Positions 48,001 to 58,534 of a stretch of DNA of 64,000 nt are shown one piece after another. Below the pieces are notes generated by a model. That model was given only the letters and a program-made list of their open reading frames with translations, was not told the DNA's origin and did not search any database. Origin of the DNA: Thecamonas trahens ATCC 50062 (Eukaryota; Protista; Apusomonadida). The stretch lies in contig NW_013657665.1 of the NCBI RefSeq assembly GCF_000142905.1, positions 1 to 64,000 of the forward strand, given 5' to 3'. The stretch's first letter is position 1, and the number at the start of each line of letters is the position of its first letter. The translations under genes and the position numbers were made by a program.

Positions 48001-48688
48001 ATACCTCATCAGTGATGATGACGGTGGAGCTTGGCTCTGGCTCGACGCACACCTCTCGGAGCTCATTTACGGTGGCTCGCGGCGGCGCTCGATCCAGGTC
48101 GCAGTCCAGCGCGCAGCACGGCTCGCCTCCACCACGCAGGTCGCAGAAAGGCATGTGGCGTGGTCGTCCGTCCCGGGCAGCCTAGACTGGAAGCGAGTCC
48201 AAGACTGTGCCACCTCGCCCTACGTTCTCGGCTCACAGCCCGAGTGGACGGGGCTGGCTCGCGGATATGTAGAGCTCACCCACGAGCTGCTGCAGCCAAA
48301 GAGTGCCACTACCATCCCACTCTTCCACATCGGTCGCAGTGCAGGTGTCGCCAGTACCAATGCCCAGCACGAGCTCAACAGAGCTCGGACCGAGATCATG
48401 GACGCGCTGGCGGTCCTTGATGCGCTCCGCAGCGACAGCTGCAGCGTTGACACTGCGGTCCACGAGACGCAACTCTTGTCCTCGCTCTCGAGTGCGCGCG
48501 AGACGCTCGAGTCTGCGTGTGTAGCGTTCAAGCTTCCGATGCTCGGCCTCGCGGCCAAAGTCGTTTACAACCAGGGTGTGAACAACTCTGTGACCGGTGA
48601 GTATGGTGCTGAGACTGAGGCGATTCTTTGCGAGCTCTGCCTCCTCCTCGACACCATTGCCGGTGCTTTGCAAGGGACTGGCCAATGA
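42075..48688 (+). CDS. Protein kinase fused to a large helical region, DUF294-like nucleotidyltransferase fold and short LRR-like segment (~2,200 aa); frameshift at ~43486
   Basis: Kinase motifs IARGAHGVVYRG, YAIK, HLDIKPDN, DFG, YCAPE and DVFS. Adding one T at 43485-43487 reads open into ORF 43655-48688, which contains FALFSLGSLAHG..FDTLKFACVVD..YF..YLELKVAQLGE..GFSLD. Confidence 0.7.
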
Positions 48689-48736
48689 AACCGACTACAA
48701 ATCCAGCGTGCACGTCTTGCTCAGGCTGTGAAAGCA

Positions 48737-51329
48737 TCAGTTCGCCTCGTTGACAAAGCGCTGGACCGGGCCGCAAGACAAACGCATCGAGACGCCGTAG
48801 GTGGCCGACGACGACGGCGACGAGGAGGCGCGGAGATGGACAAGCTGAGCCTCCATGACGGTACGAGCGAGATGGCGGACAATATCGATGTCGCAGCCGC
48901 GGACGTTAAGCTGGGCAAGGATGGCGGCCTCGTCCTCGCGGTACGAGGCGTGGAGAGAGCGGCCCGACTGCGAGGCGGCGGCGGCGCGCTCGGTGAGCAG
49001 GGTGCGGAGGTCTGGCGGGAGAAAGGAAAAGTCTGCGGTCGGCTCGGCAAAGGCGGGCTGGAGGCCCACGCAGCAGAGTGCGTAAAAGATACATGTGTCC
49101 ATGCCCATTTCGGCATAGACAGTCGAGACGTGGGCCACAAACGAGTCGAGCGACGGCCACTCTTTCTTGGCGTCCAAGAGCTTGTCGACGTAGCTCCCGC
49201 CGGTGTACGGCGTGCCAGTCAGCTCCTCGTCGTCAAAGTCGAGGACTGTAGCATGCGCGTAGAGCATGGGCGTGATGGGCACGGCCTTGGAGAGGCCCAC
49301 AAGTCGCAGCGTAGCCAGCTCAGTGAGGCCCACACCTTTGGTCCGCCACACCTGGACCGACCGGTTGAGGCCAGGCACAAAGAGCGAGAGCGCCGAAACG
49401 AGCGACTTGACCACCGCCCGCGACGCTGGCCGGGCATGCACCACCACAAGCCGGCCCGAGAGCAGGGCGTAGACCACATGCGGTGCAAACGAGTATCGTG
49501 CCCGGAACTGAAGCACATCCATTCGCTCCAGCACCGGTGCGTAGAGCGCGGTGCCGTTGAGCACGCCGAGGTCGCCCGAGCCGGACTCGCCGCCTGCAAA
49601 CGAGCCTGAGCCTCCGCCGCCGAGCTGAGCGTGGGCCGCCGCCTGCGAGTTCCACGCCGTCCGCCGCTCCGAGTGGCCCCACAGCCGCCCGTAGAAGGTC
49701 TCGGGCGTGAGAAACGGTGAAGCCGAGTTCGAGAGAGGGCTTGGTGCGTCGCGCGACGCCGGCGACGACGGTGACGCCGCCGACGAGCCTGACGCCAGCG
49801 AGTCAGTCGAGTTCTTGGGCCTCCGCAGCGGATGGATGCCAAGGACGCCAAGCGATGAGTGCGGGCCGCCAAGGGCCGGCGAGAGCAGCGCTTGCCCGCC
49901 GCCCGCCGGCGTGTCAAAGACGTCAAACGATGAGCGCGCGTCCTCAAACGACGTGGCTCGTGACGCGTTGGAGCCTTCGTCAAACTCACCTAGTGCACGC
50001 TCGCCAGGGTCCGAGTCGGTGAGGCAGATCGACCGGTGCGACGAGTTCGAGTCGAGCGAGGACATCGACGGCGACCGCCGGAGCGCAAGCGGGACAACGG
50101 ACCTGTCACACCGGGTCACATCATCAGCGTCGGCGTCAGCGTCGGCGTCATCCCAGCCGTTGTGGCGGCAGGTGGCGACCAGACCGTACGGCGCGTTGGC
50201 GCCGTACCCCGCTATGCAATTGGCAAAGTTGGTGACGAGCGAGCCGCCAATGCAGAGGCCAGTCTCGAGTGGACGCAAGTTGTGCTTCTCTTCCGAGTCG
50301 AGGAGAAGCTCGAGCGACGAGGCGGAGAACTTGCGCTGGATGCGGCGAAGGAGGGCGACGCCGGTGGCAAAGCCTGAGAGGCAGATCTCGGAGAGCGCGC
50401 GGAGGCCGCGGTCAAAATGGGCGACCTTGTGCAGCGTTGACCGGACCTGCGGTGTGTAGGCGCCGGCGGCCGACTCGCGCTCATAGGTCTCCACAAACGG
50501 TTTGAAGAGTGCCAGCCGCGGATTGCTCTCGATACGAGCGTAGATAGCGGCCTTGAGTCGGTCGTACAGCTCCTCCATCGATGTCATGAACGCGTTGACG
50601 TTTTCGGGCGTGAGCGCCTCGCGCGCCTCGTCCGGCAACTCTGGGTGACCCTCCAGCAGCAGGTCCTTGGTCATCCGCAGATCCATGAGCCGATGCTCGA
50701 GATCCTGGAGAAAGACAAGCTGGTTACCGGTCTTGAACAGCTCCGAGACTGCCGAGAAGGCCTTGCGCAGCGCAGCAAACTGGCCCATCACTTTCCGTGG
50801 TCGCGGGTCACAAACGACATGCAAACCGGACGGACATAGCCACGGGCATGGATGTCATACAACGTGAGGTGATGGATGTACGCGGTGGCGTCCTCAGATG
50901 GGATAGTAAAGACAACCTGCGAGTCGTCCGGCGAGTTTGACGGATCCGACGACCTCTGGTAGTCGGCAGCGAGCGTGCGGACGACAAAAGAGGCCGTGTC
51001 AAAGCCTCCTGCTGCATCCTCGTCAGGCAAGATCATGAGCGGGACCGGTCCTTCTTGCTCCGAAAACTCACCAACCACGATAAAGTCCGTCACAAACGAA
51101 AAAAGCTCCCGTGTCATTTGCCCGACTCCGCCTCCTCCTCCCACCGATCCGGTTGTCGAGCCAGGACCACCACCACGACCACCACCACCACCGGTGCTGT
51201 TGCCACCACCGCCACCGCCTCCACCACTGCCACCGCTTCCTCGTCCCCGAGCAACTCCGTATCCGTCCCCGCCATATGCGGTAGAAGACCCCCTCCAGTC
51301 GACCCGTCCCGACTGGTGCCCTGAGACAT
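48737..51329 (-). CDS. SMCR8: SMCR8-like longin/DENN protein (folliculin family); frameshifts at ~51290 and ~50800
   Basis: DFIVVGEFSEQEGPVP..HHLTLYDIHARGYVRPVCMSFVT continues, with one added C, into RKVM..FS.VSELFKTGN..FLQDLE.RL.DL; later VYALLSGRLVVV. Confidence 0.8.
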
Positions 51330-52241
51330 ACTACTCTCTCCTCAGCTGCCTTGGGAGTCAAGTGTTGGCTCTCTGTGGCCGGGGCTCTGTGGTGGGTGAG
51401 GGAGCGGTGGTGTGGGTGACAAGGTGCCCTTGACTCGTGCGAGTTTGGTGCATTTCGCCTTGGGCTTTGCCCACTTTTTGCGCGTAGGGTGGTTTTTTGG
51501 AGGGAGTCTGTTGTTGATTGTGGCAAGAGGAGGAAGGAGGGAGGGGAGGGCATTCGGGGGAGTAGAGGGGACGATCGAAGTGTGCTCGTGTTGTGTGTGG
51601 GGAGGCGATGATCGAGTAATGGGCATAGATATGGCGCTGTTCGGGAGAGTCGCACCAAGAGTGTGACTTTCGCCGAGTTGGCGGCGGCTGAAGAAAACGC
51701 TGAACGTGGAGATGGGCTTGGCCTCTTGGATCCGGTGCTGCGCGTGTGTACTTCAACCGGGTATGTTGACGCATTTATTGTAGCGCAGCAGCGTTGCGGA
51801 TCCCCTTCCAAGCATACTCTGCCACGTATCCTCCACAGCCCCAGCCCAGCTTCACGTTTCCTCACCGAAAAAGTTCACCAAGCTTCCCCCCCTCTTCCCG
51901 CCTCCGCCTTCGCCTCACTCTCCCCCACGCCCACCCACGCCCACCCACGCTCATCCACGCCCACCCATCACCCTCCCCCCACCCCCATCACCACCCCCAT
52001 CATCCCCACATACCCACCCAAAGAATACAACCCCATCTCGGTCAAGAAAAAAGAAACCATGCCACCACCACGAAAAATGTTCGCCCAGTGGCCAAGACAC
52101 GGTCCTCTCACCCTCCCCGTCATACCCACACTGGCCCATACCCCTCCCTCCCCCCCCCCCCCCCCACCTACCACCACACGCACACACACACACACTCTCG
52201 TCCACTCTCCTACAAGCACAGCAGAGCGAGAGTAACGTGGT

Positions 52242-55200
52242 ATGAATCCGTCCCCTGAGCTGTCCAGCCTTGTGCGTGAGGTGGTACATGCGGTACAGCC
52301 ACTCGACGTTGTCTCGAGCCTCTTCCGTCGTCGTGTGGGCATTGTCCTTGGCATTGGTCAGGTGGCTGCATGTGGGTATGTGGTGACTTCTGCTGTTGTA
52401 GCATCTTCTACTCCTCTACTGGTACTCGCTATCCTTACCGTGATCATTGGTAATGGTCTGGCTTGCTTGGCTCTGGCAGGTGCTCTGGGCAAGCTCTCGG
52501 CTTGCTCTAGTGATGCTGCAAGGGGTATGGCGGCTCATGCTGCTGTGGCTATTCCCTTTGCTGCCACTGGTTTGCTCCTTACCACTGTTCGTATTCTCAT
52601 CGATTCCGCGGAAGACTCGGGCTCGGCTGCTCCAACCATCGCCCTTGCGGGCTGGCTCCTCTTTACCGGTCTGGCCTGGCCTCTGCCTATGGCCGTCGCT
52701 GGTGGTCTGCAAGCTCTGCTTCTTATCGCCCACGCCATCTCGCTCATGGTGGCTCCCTCGACGCAAGGCTCTATGACCACCTTGTGTGAAGCTCTCTTTG
52801 TCGCCCTCACCATCCCGCCTGTTGTCCACGCCACACACAAGATGCGTCGCATTCGCCGCGCAGCCATCGAGCGCCGCGTTCTCGACGGCCTCGTCCGCGC
52901 CCTACAGGACCGTGCCGCCAGAGATGGCCTTCCGGGTCGTCTCCGCGAGCGTGTGCTGGCCTACACCCTTCCGCACTGGCTTCGGTCGGTTGACGCTGTC
53001 GCTTCACTCGAGGGTGCGTCGTCGACTCCGATGTCGGTCACCTTTGACTCAGCTCTAGTCGTCGTCGTCAACCTCGCCGTGGCACACGATGGCTCCAGCA
53101 GAACGACGGTACCAACGCTGTCGGCCACTCGCGCCATTCGGGCCTCGTTTACTGCCACTGCCCTCGATGAGGTCCTTGCCCCGCTCGGTGTCCACTCGGT
53201 TCAGTTTGTGCGCCAGGGCGCCACCTACGTCGCCGTCGCCGACATGGGTGCACTCTCGCCCGACGCGCAGGGCGCTTTTGTCGAGCGAGTCCTCCAGGCT
53301 ATTGTCGGCGTTTTCCCGCCGCGCGCCGCTTCGATTGCCAAGGCCACAACTATGGCTGCCAAGCACCTTGCGTCGTGGCGGGCAAGGCCCGCTGTTGCGC
53401 TCGGCATGGGCCCGCTGATGCTTGCCGCCATGCCGGAATCGCTCGGCTTTGCCGTTGTCTCCCTCGGTCAAGTATATGGAGAGACGCTCGCCGTTGCCCT
53501 CGCCTCGCCGCAGGCCACCGTCGCCCTTGCCCACCCGCCATGGCTCGCCCGCCCCGCGCTCGCTCGCATTGCCGCCTCGGCCCGAGTTGACCTTGTGCCC
53601 TTTTCCGATCTCGCGGCGGCTGCCGCCCACGAGCCGGCATCGCGGCTGCTCTCGCTCACCAGCGTGCCCGTCGCGTCGGAGACTCCTGCGCCTGCTGCAT
53701 CGGCTCAGCTCAGCGGGCCGGGCACGGCCAGCTACTACGGCTTTGCGCCGGCGCAGGCTCCGGCCCTCGCGTCCGAGTACACCGACGACGACTACGAGTA
53801 CTACTACGACTACTCGGGCGAGGAGCAGGAGGAGTCGACGACAGCCATCGAGATGCTGGACAGCGAGGCTGGCGACGTGTACGATGTAGACATGGAGTCG
53901 TGGCTTGCCACCGGGGACGCCGCCGTCCTCATGGGCCGCCTGCTCGCCGACGCGCAGCTCGCCGAGACCCTGCGAGTGGTCAAGGTCCGCGCCGAGGAGC
54001 TCGAGTCGACCGGCGAGTTTCCCTACGACCACGTTGGCGCTTCGGCTCGCGGCAAGTGGGTCGGCAACCTGCTGTACAAGGCACGGTGGGAACTTGCGCT
54101 CACCTTTGCCGTTCTCAATTGCGCCGGCTTTGTCCTCGACTTTGCCTTTGGCGATGGCGCCGAGCGGCTGGTCATCACCCGGACCGCCGTCGCCTTTCTT
54201 GCCGTCCTCCTCGCCGGCCAAGTAGTTGTCTTTGCCTCCCCTCGCGCTGGCCCCTTCCTCCTTGTCTCGGCGCTTGTTGCCATCGGCAACGTGGTTCTTT
54301 CGCTCCTCGCACCCACCACCGAGCACATCCTCCGCCTCTATCTCCTCCACCTGTACGCCTCGCTCGTCTACGTCATCCTCGCATCGTCGCCTGAAGGCCC
54401 CATCGTCTCCATCTTTATCTCGCTCGTCTACGTTATTCTTGCCGTCGCCACCAACCGTGGCTCGCTCGGCTTTGACATCGAGACCGTCTTTGGCCTTGCC
54501 CTCGCCATGCTCGCCGCCGTTGTCCTCTACACCCACGACAACATGAAGCAGGCGCATCTTGCGGCCAGGCTCGACTACAATGTGCTCCCTCGCCGCCTCT
54601 TTGCGCTCCTTCAGCACATGCGCGAGCTCCCGCCACTCCTCGCCCAGCGCCTGGTCATGGACGAGGACGCCACCTCGGGCGCCATGTCGGTCCTCGACGC
54701 CGCGGTCTCGCTTCCGCTCTCGTCCAAACTCGAGCTTGAGCCGGGCGCCTCACTGCCGCTCCCGTTCCGCACCATTTCCGACGCCGTCGTCCTTGCTACA
54801 AAGCTCAACATTGCATTTGGCGACAAGGCCGTCGACGTGGTCGACCCGCGCTACGCCGCCTGTGTCTACCGCGCCTTTCACTTTCTGGCGAGCAAAATCG
54901 TCGCCGCCGGCGGAACCATCGTCTCGTCGGACGACCCGCTCATGCTCGTCGCAATCTTTGCGCCGCACACGCTCGGCGCTCCCACCCGTTGGTCGGCACG
55001 AGTCAGTCACGTCGTCGACCTCGCCGCAGACCTTGCAGCCGTCGGTGGCGAGCTCGACTGCATGCTCGCGAAGACCGCGCGATCACTCCGCCGCGACCGT
55101 GTCACGCTCTCGCTCGACATCGGCGTCACCGCCCAGGAGCGGACCACCCAGATGCGAATGGCAGTGGTCAAGTCGGCAACCCACCTGCACGCCGTTGCCG

Positions 55201-55370
55201 ACGGCGTCGCTCTCCACCTTGCCGAGCTCATGCACGTCGCCGCCAAGGACCAGCCGCTCCCGCGCGGCGCCGTCCGCGTCTCGTCGCTCGTCGAAGGTGT
55301 CGTCTCGCGCGCCGCCTACATCATCGACAACTCGCTCAACGGCCCGTTTGCCGACCTCCAGCGGGTGTAA
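52242..55370 (+). CDS. Multi-pass membrane protein with degenerate class III nucleotidyl cyclase-like architecture (TM bundle-C1-TM bundle-C2)
   Basis: Two ~6-TM blocks, each followed by a cytosolic domain with cyclase-like remnants (LAYTLP, FDSALVVVVNL, FVRQGATYVAVA; YNVLP, DAVVLATKL, LDIGV). Confidence 0.55.
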   Translation: MNPSPELSSLVREVVHAVQPLDVVSSLFRRRVGIVLGIGQVAACGYVVTSAVVASSTPLLVLAILTVIIGNGLACLALAGALGKLSACSSDAARGMAAHAAVAIPFAATGLLLTTVRILIDSAEDSGSAAPTIALAGWLLFTGLAWPLPMAVAGGLQALLLIAHAISLMVAPSTQGSMTTLCEALFVALTIPPVVHATHKMRRIRRAAIERRVLDGLVRALQDRAARDGLPGRLRERVLAYTLPHWLRSVDAVASLEGASSTPMSVTFDSALVVVVNLAVAHDGSSRTTVPTLSATRAIRASFTATALDEVLAPLGVHSVQFVRQGATYVAVADMGALSPDAQGAFVERVLQAIVGVFPPRAASIAKATTMAAKHLASWRARPAVALGMGPLMLAAMPESLGFAVVSLGQVYGETLAVALASPQATVALAHPPWLARPALARIAASARVDLVPFSDLAAAAAHEPASRLLSLTSVPVASETPAPAASAQLSGPGTASYYGFAPAQAPALASEYTDDDYEYYYDYSGEEQEESTTAIEMLDSEAGDVYDVDMESWLATGDAAVLMGRLLADAQLAETLRVVKVRAEELESTGEFPYDHVGASARGKWVGNLLYKARWELALTFAVLNCAGFVLDFAFGDGAERLVITRTAVAFLAVLLAGQVVVFASPRAGPFLLVSALVAIGNVVLSLLAPTTEHILRLYLLHLYASLVYVILASSPEGPIVSIFISLVYVILAVATNRGSLGFDIETVFGLALAMLAAVVLYTHDNMKQAHLAARLDYNVLPRRLFALLQHMRELPPLLAQRLVMDEDATSGAMSVLDAAVSLPLSSKLELEPGASLPLPFRTISDAVVLATKLNIAFGDKAVDVVDPRYAACVYRAFHFLASKIVAAGGTIVSSDDPLMLVAIFAPHTLGAPTRWSARVSHVVDLAADLAAVGGELDCMLAKTARSLRRDRVTLSLDIGVTAQERTTQMRMAVVKSATHLHAVADGVALHLAELMHVAAKDQPLPRGAVRVSSLVEGVVSRAAYIIDNSLNGPFADLQRV

Positions 55371-55406
55371 ATGTGCCCTTTACTGTGTCCTAGCTAGCGC
55401 GTGCCT

Positions 55407-56576
55407 CTAGTCAGGCACGTAAAAGTACGGATTGCGTGTCGATGGGTGGTGGCCGACGCCAGGCTCAAACTCGGAGTCGGAAGAGTACGAGGCGCACGAA
55501 GAGTCAGACGAGAACGAGACCATCCCGGCACCATCCTTGTTCTCTTCGGCATCGCCGTACTTGTCCGCCCGCCGCTTGGCGTATGCCATCCGGCTCCCAC
55601 GGCAGCAGTGGTACAGCGACGAGAGGAACATGATGAGCCCCGCCATTATGCCGCCAAACACCTGTCCGGTGAACGACTGGTCAGTGTAATCGGCGCTGCC
55701 GGCAGCGTTTTTCGGCGGCGACACAAGGTTGGGAATAACGAGCACGCTGGTTACAACGGCTCCGACCACAAAGTACACCGCGGCCATCAGAAAATCGCGC
55801 CGGTGACCCGGCCGGCGCAGCTGCTGCCAACACGACTTCTTCCGCCGCGTCCGCCTCCTGCGCCCACGCCCGTCACGCCCAGCTCCGGCATCGGCCCCGC
55901 CGGCAGGCCCATCAAAGCCATCCGCCTCGTCAATAGTCTCTTCGCCGGCCGCATGCCCGCCCATGCCAAAGTCGGAGCCCGAGTCGGACTTGATCCTGGC
56001 CAGGAAAGGATGGACCTTGCCATCGTCGTCAGAACCATCATCATCATCATCATAATCGCTGCTCTTCGATCGCTTCGAGCCCTTGCCCTTGCTCTTGCTC
56101 TTGCTCTTGCTCTTGCTCTTGCCCCTGCTCTTGCTCTTGCTCTTGCTCTTGCTCTTGCTCTTGCCCGACTCGGAGGAGGACTCGCTCTTTGCGACCATGT
56201 GCTTCTTCTTCATCTTTGCGTTGAACTTTTCCGGATCCCGCGGCATGAAGACAGAGTGCTTCCGCGCAGACGGAGCCAACGACGAGCTGTCCATATCCGA
56301 GTCACCGTCGCTCTCGTCCTCGCTCTCGCTCTCGTCCTCGTACTCGTACTCGTCCTCGTCCTCGTAGTCGTAGTCGTAATCGTCACCAGAAGACGATGAC
56401 GTGTGCTTGCCCTTGCCCTTGCCCTTGCCCTTGCCCTTGCCCTTGCCCTTGCTTGCCTTTCCCTTGCCCTTGCCCTTGCCCAACACAATCGCTCCCTTCC
56501 CTCCCGAACTCCCGCCGTCCTTGGCCAGCTTGCGCTCACGCACCCGGGCGGTAAAGACATTGCCCTTGCCTCCCAT
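55407..56576 (-). CDS. Low-complexity (GK/KS repeats, acidic Tyr tract) protein with two TM helices
   Basis: Uninterrupted ORF; hydrophobic FLMAAVYFVVGAVVTSVLVI and VFGGIMAGLIMFLSSLY segments. Confidence 0.65.
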   Translation of the reverse strand: MGGKGNVFTARVRERKLAKDGGSSGGKGAIVLGKGKGKGKASKGKGKGKGKGKGKGKHTSSSSGDDYDYDYEDEDEYEYEDESESEDESDGDSDMDSSSLAPSARKHSVFMPRDPEKFNAKMKKKHMVAKSESSSESGKSKSKSKSKSKSRGKSKSKSKSKSKGKGSKRSKSSDYDDDDDGSDDDGKVHPFLARIKSDSGSDFGMGGHAAGEETIDEADGFDGPAGGADAGAGRDGRGRRRRTRRKKSCWQQLRRPGHRRDFLMAAVYFVVGAVVTSVLVIPNLVSPPKNAAGSADYTDQSFTGQVFGGIMAGLIMFLSSLYHCCRGSRMAYAKRRADKYGDAEENKDGAGMVSFSSDSSCASYSSDSEFEPGVGHHPSTRNPYFYVPD

Positions 56577-57263
56577 CTCCCTTGACTCTGGGTCTACTGT
56601 CTACCCTTCTACAACCACCTCAGACTCTCTTCCAGAGAGTGCAGTGTTGCTCACTCTCGAGCACTTTCCCCCTCACACACTCTCTCTCCCCGCTCCCCCG
56701 CTCCTGCAGCTCGTCCCGCTCTTGTCGTTCGGTGGTCAGTGTGAGGGCAAACAGCACTCGTCGTGGTACCTGGAATAAAGTCCGAGTTGTGGGAGGGGGA
56801 TGTTGGGGGGTGGGGGGTGAGGGCAATAAAAAAATTGTGTGTTGTTGGGGTTGGGCTGGAGACAGAGGCGGACCGTGTCGATGAGACTGGCGTGAACGGG
56901 ACTTCTGTCGCTTCATCCCTCACTTTCCAGGCGGCGACTCGGAGTGCTTGTCTCTTGCGTGACTCACTGTTCATTGTGCGAGGTGTGCGAGGTGGAGAGG
57001 TTGCCATTCCGGTTTGTGGCTGGATTTCAAAGCCCTCGGTGCGTGGGCTGCCGAGAGCAACACGATCAGCAGATTCGGTATTTCGTCCCTCTACGATCGG
57101 GGCTTGAGCACGATAGCCTCCGATGCTGATTTACCTACCACAAATCAAGGCTGGTGTGATCTTGGGCTTGCACGAGCTGCAATCTTTTCTCGCTTTTCAC
57201 GTACACTGCATACCATGGCTCCAAAGCTGGTTCATTTGCACTCGAGCCTGGGCAGCTGATCGA

Positions 57264-58307
57264 TCACTCGAAGAAGTAGCACTGGTACGACTCGCCGTTG
57301 GCAAGTGGCGCATAGTTGTAGATGAGGGCCTTGGCCTCATCCGTCGGCGACGGGAACGAAGCTGTCGACCGTCGCGCCTCGGTCACAAAGTTGTTGGCGA
57401 GGTACTGCATCGCCTCGATGCCCGCGATTGAGTGGTTGAGGTTGAGAATCGGGTTGAACTCGTACGCCGGTCGCTCCGGATGGTACTGCGTCCCGTACAC
57501 CGGCATGGTCTTGCCCTCAAACGACGAAACAAAGGCGCGACCCTTGCGTCCGCGGTTGGTAGAGAGCACCGTGAGGAACGATGTGAGCTTGGCGTTGGTC
57601 GCAAACGTCTCGGGCGTGACGCCCGAGTGGTGCAGGTTCGACGTCACGTTCTTGGTCGCGAGCGTGGCAAAGACCCCGGTCGCCGGGTTTGCCGCTGCAG
57701 GCCCGTACATCCGCGACGTCGCTGCCGCCGCCGTAAAGTCGAGCGGGATCGAGTAGTCTTCCGAGTCGAACCCGCTCTCCAGCACGCTCGTCGAGTTGGC
57801 CACCAGGATCGAGAGCAGCTGGAAGCCCATGCAAGTCCCGTGGACTGGCGTGTACACCCCGCGCGCATTGGCCTCCATCGCCGCCTCGAACAGCACCTTG
57901 GCCGCCTGATAGTACTCGGTCTCCGGCTCGAGCGATGTCCCACCACCGGTAAACAGCAGCCCGTTGAGGTACTTACCGGCAAGATCGCGGAGCACGTCAT
58001 GCGGCAGGTTGTAGGGAATGGGCACCACACGCGCTCCCGCAGACTCGAGCCACTTGACATATACCGTGGCAAAGCAAGAAGTCGATCCCGATCCGCTCAT
58101 CGCCTTGTGCTCGCGGTAAAACGTGCCGCACTCGGAGCCCTCCGTCGGCACCGTCAAAATGCCCACAATCGGTCGAAGATTCGTTGCTGGCGGAGGTGAG
58201 AGGCCGACCGCTCCTCCCACGACGCCAGCTCCTCCCCACACCGCAACCACCGCCCAGAGGACCACACAAAGAGAGCGCATCTTGCTCGACGACACACACA
58301 TCATCAT
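57264..58307 (-). CDS. GGH: Gamma-glutamyl hydrolase (peptidase C26)
   Basis: Signal peptide; NLRPIVGIL, YVKWLESAGARVVPI, NGLLFTGG, GTCMGFQLL and QYHPE catalytic motifs. Confidence 0.92.
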   Translation of the reverse strand: MMMCVSSSKMRSLCVVLWAVVAVWGGAGVVGGAVGLSPPPATNLRPIVGILTVPTEGSECGTFYREHKAMSGSGSTSCFATVYVKWLESAGARVVPIPYNLPHDVLRDLAGKYLNGLLFTGGGTSLEPETEYYQAAKVLFEAAMEANARGVYTPVHGTCMGFQLLSILVANSTSVLESGFDSEDYSIPLDFTAAAATSRMYGPAAANPATGVFATLATKNVTSNLHHSGVTPETFATNAKLTSFLTVLSTNRGRKGRAFVSSFEGKTMPVYGTQYHPERPAYEFNPILNLNHSIAGIEAMQYLANNFVTEARRSTASFPSPTDEAKALIYNYAPLANGESYQCYFFE

Positions 58308-58534
58308 TTGCTCTGACTTGCTCCTTTTCTCCTTTCCAAACCTGAAAAAAAAAGACGCGTGTTCCCAGCTCCCTCCGCTCCCTCCGGTCGCCCTTGCCGT
58401 CGCAGCGGCACCTGCGTGCCACCGTGCCATTCTCTCATTTTCATCCAATGTTGTTTACTCAGTTGAACACAGCGACGATGTCCTCGACCAATCTGATGGT
58501 GCGAGCTACCTGGTCGAGTGCTCCGCGCGCTGCC

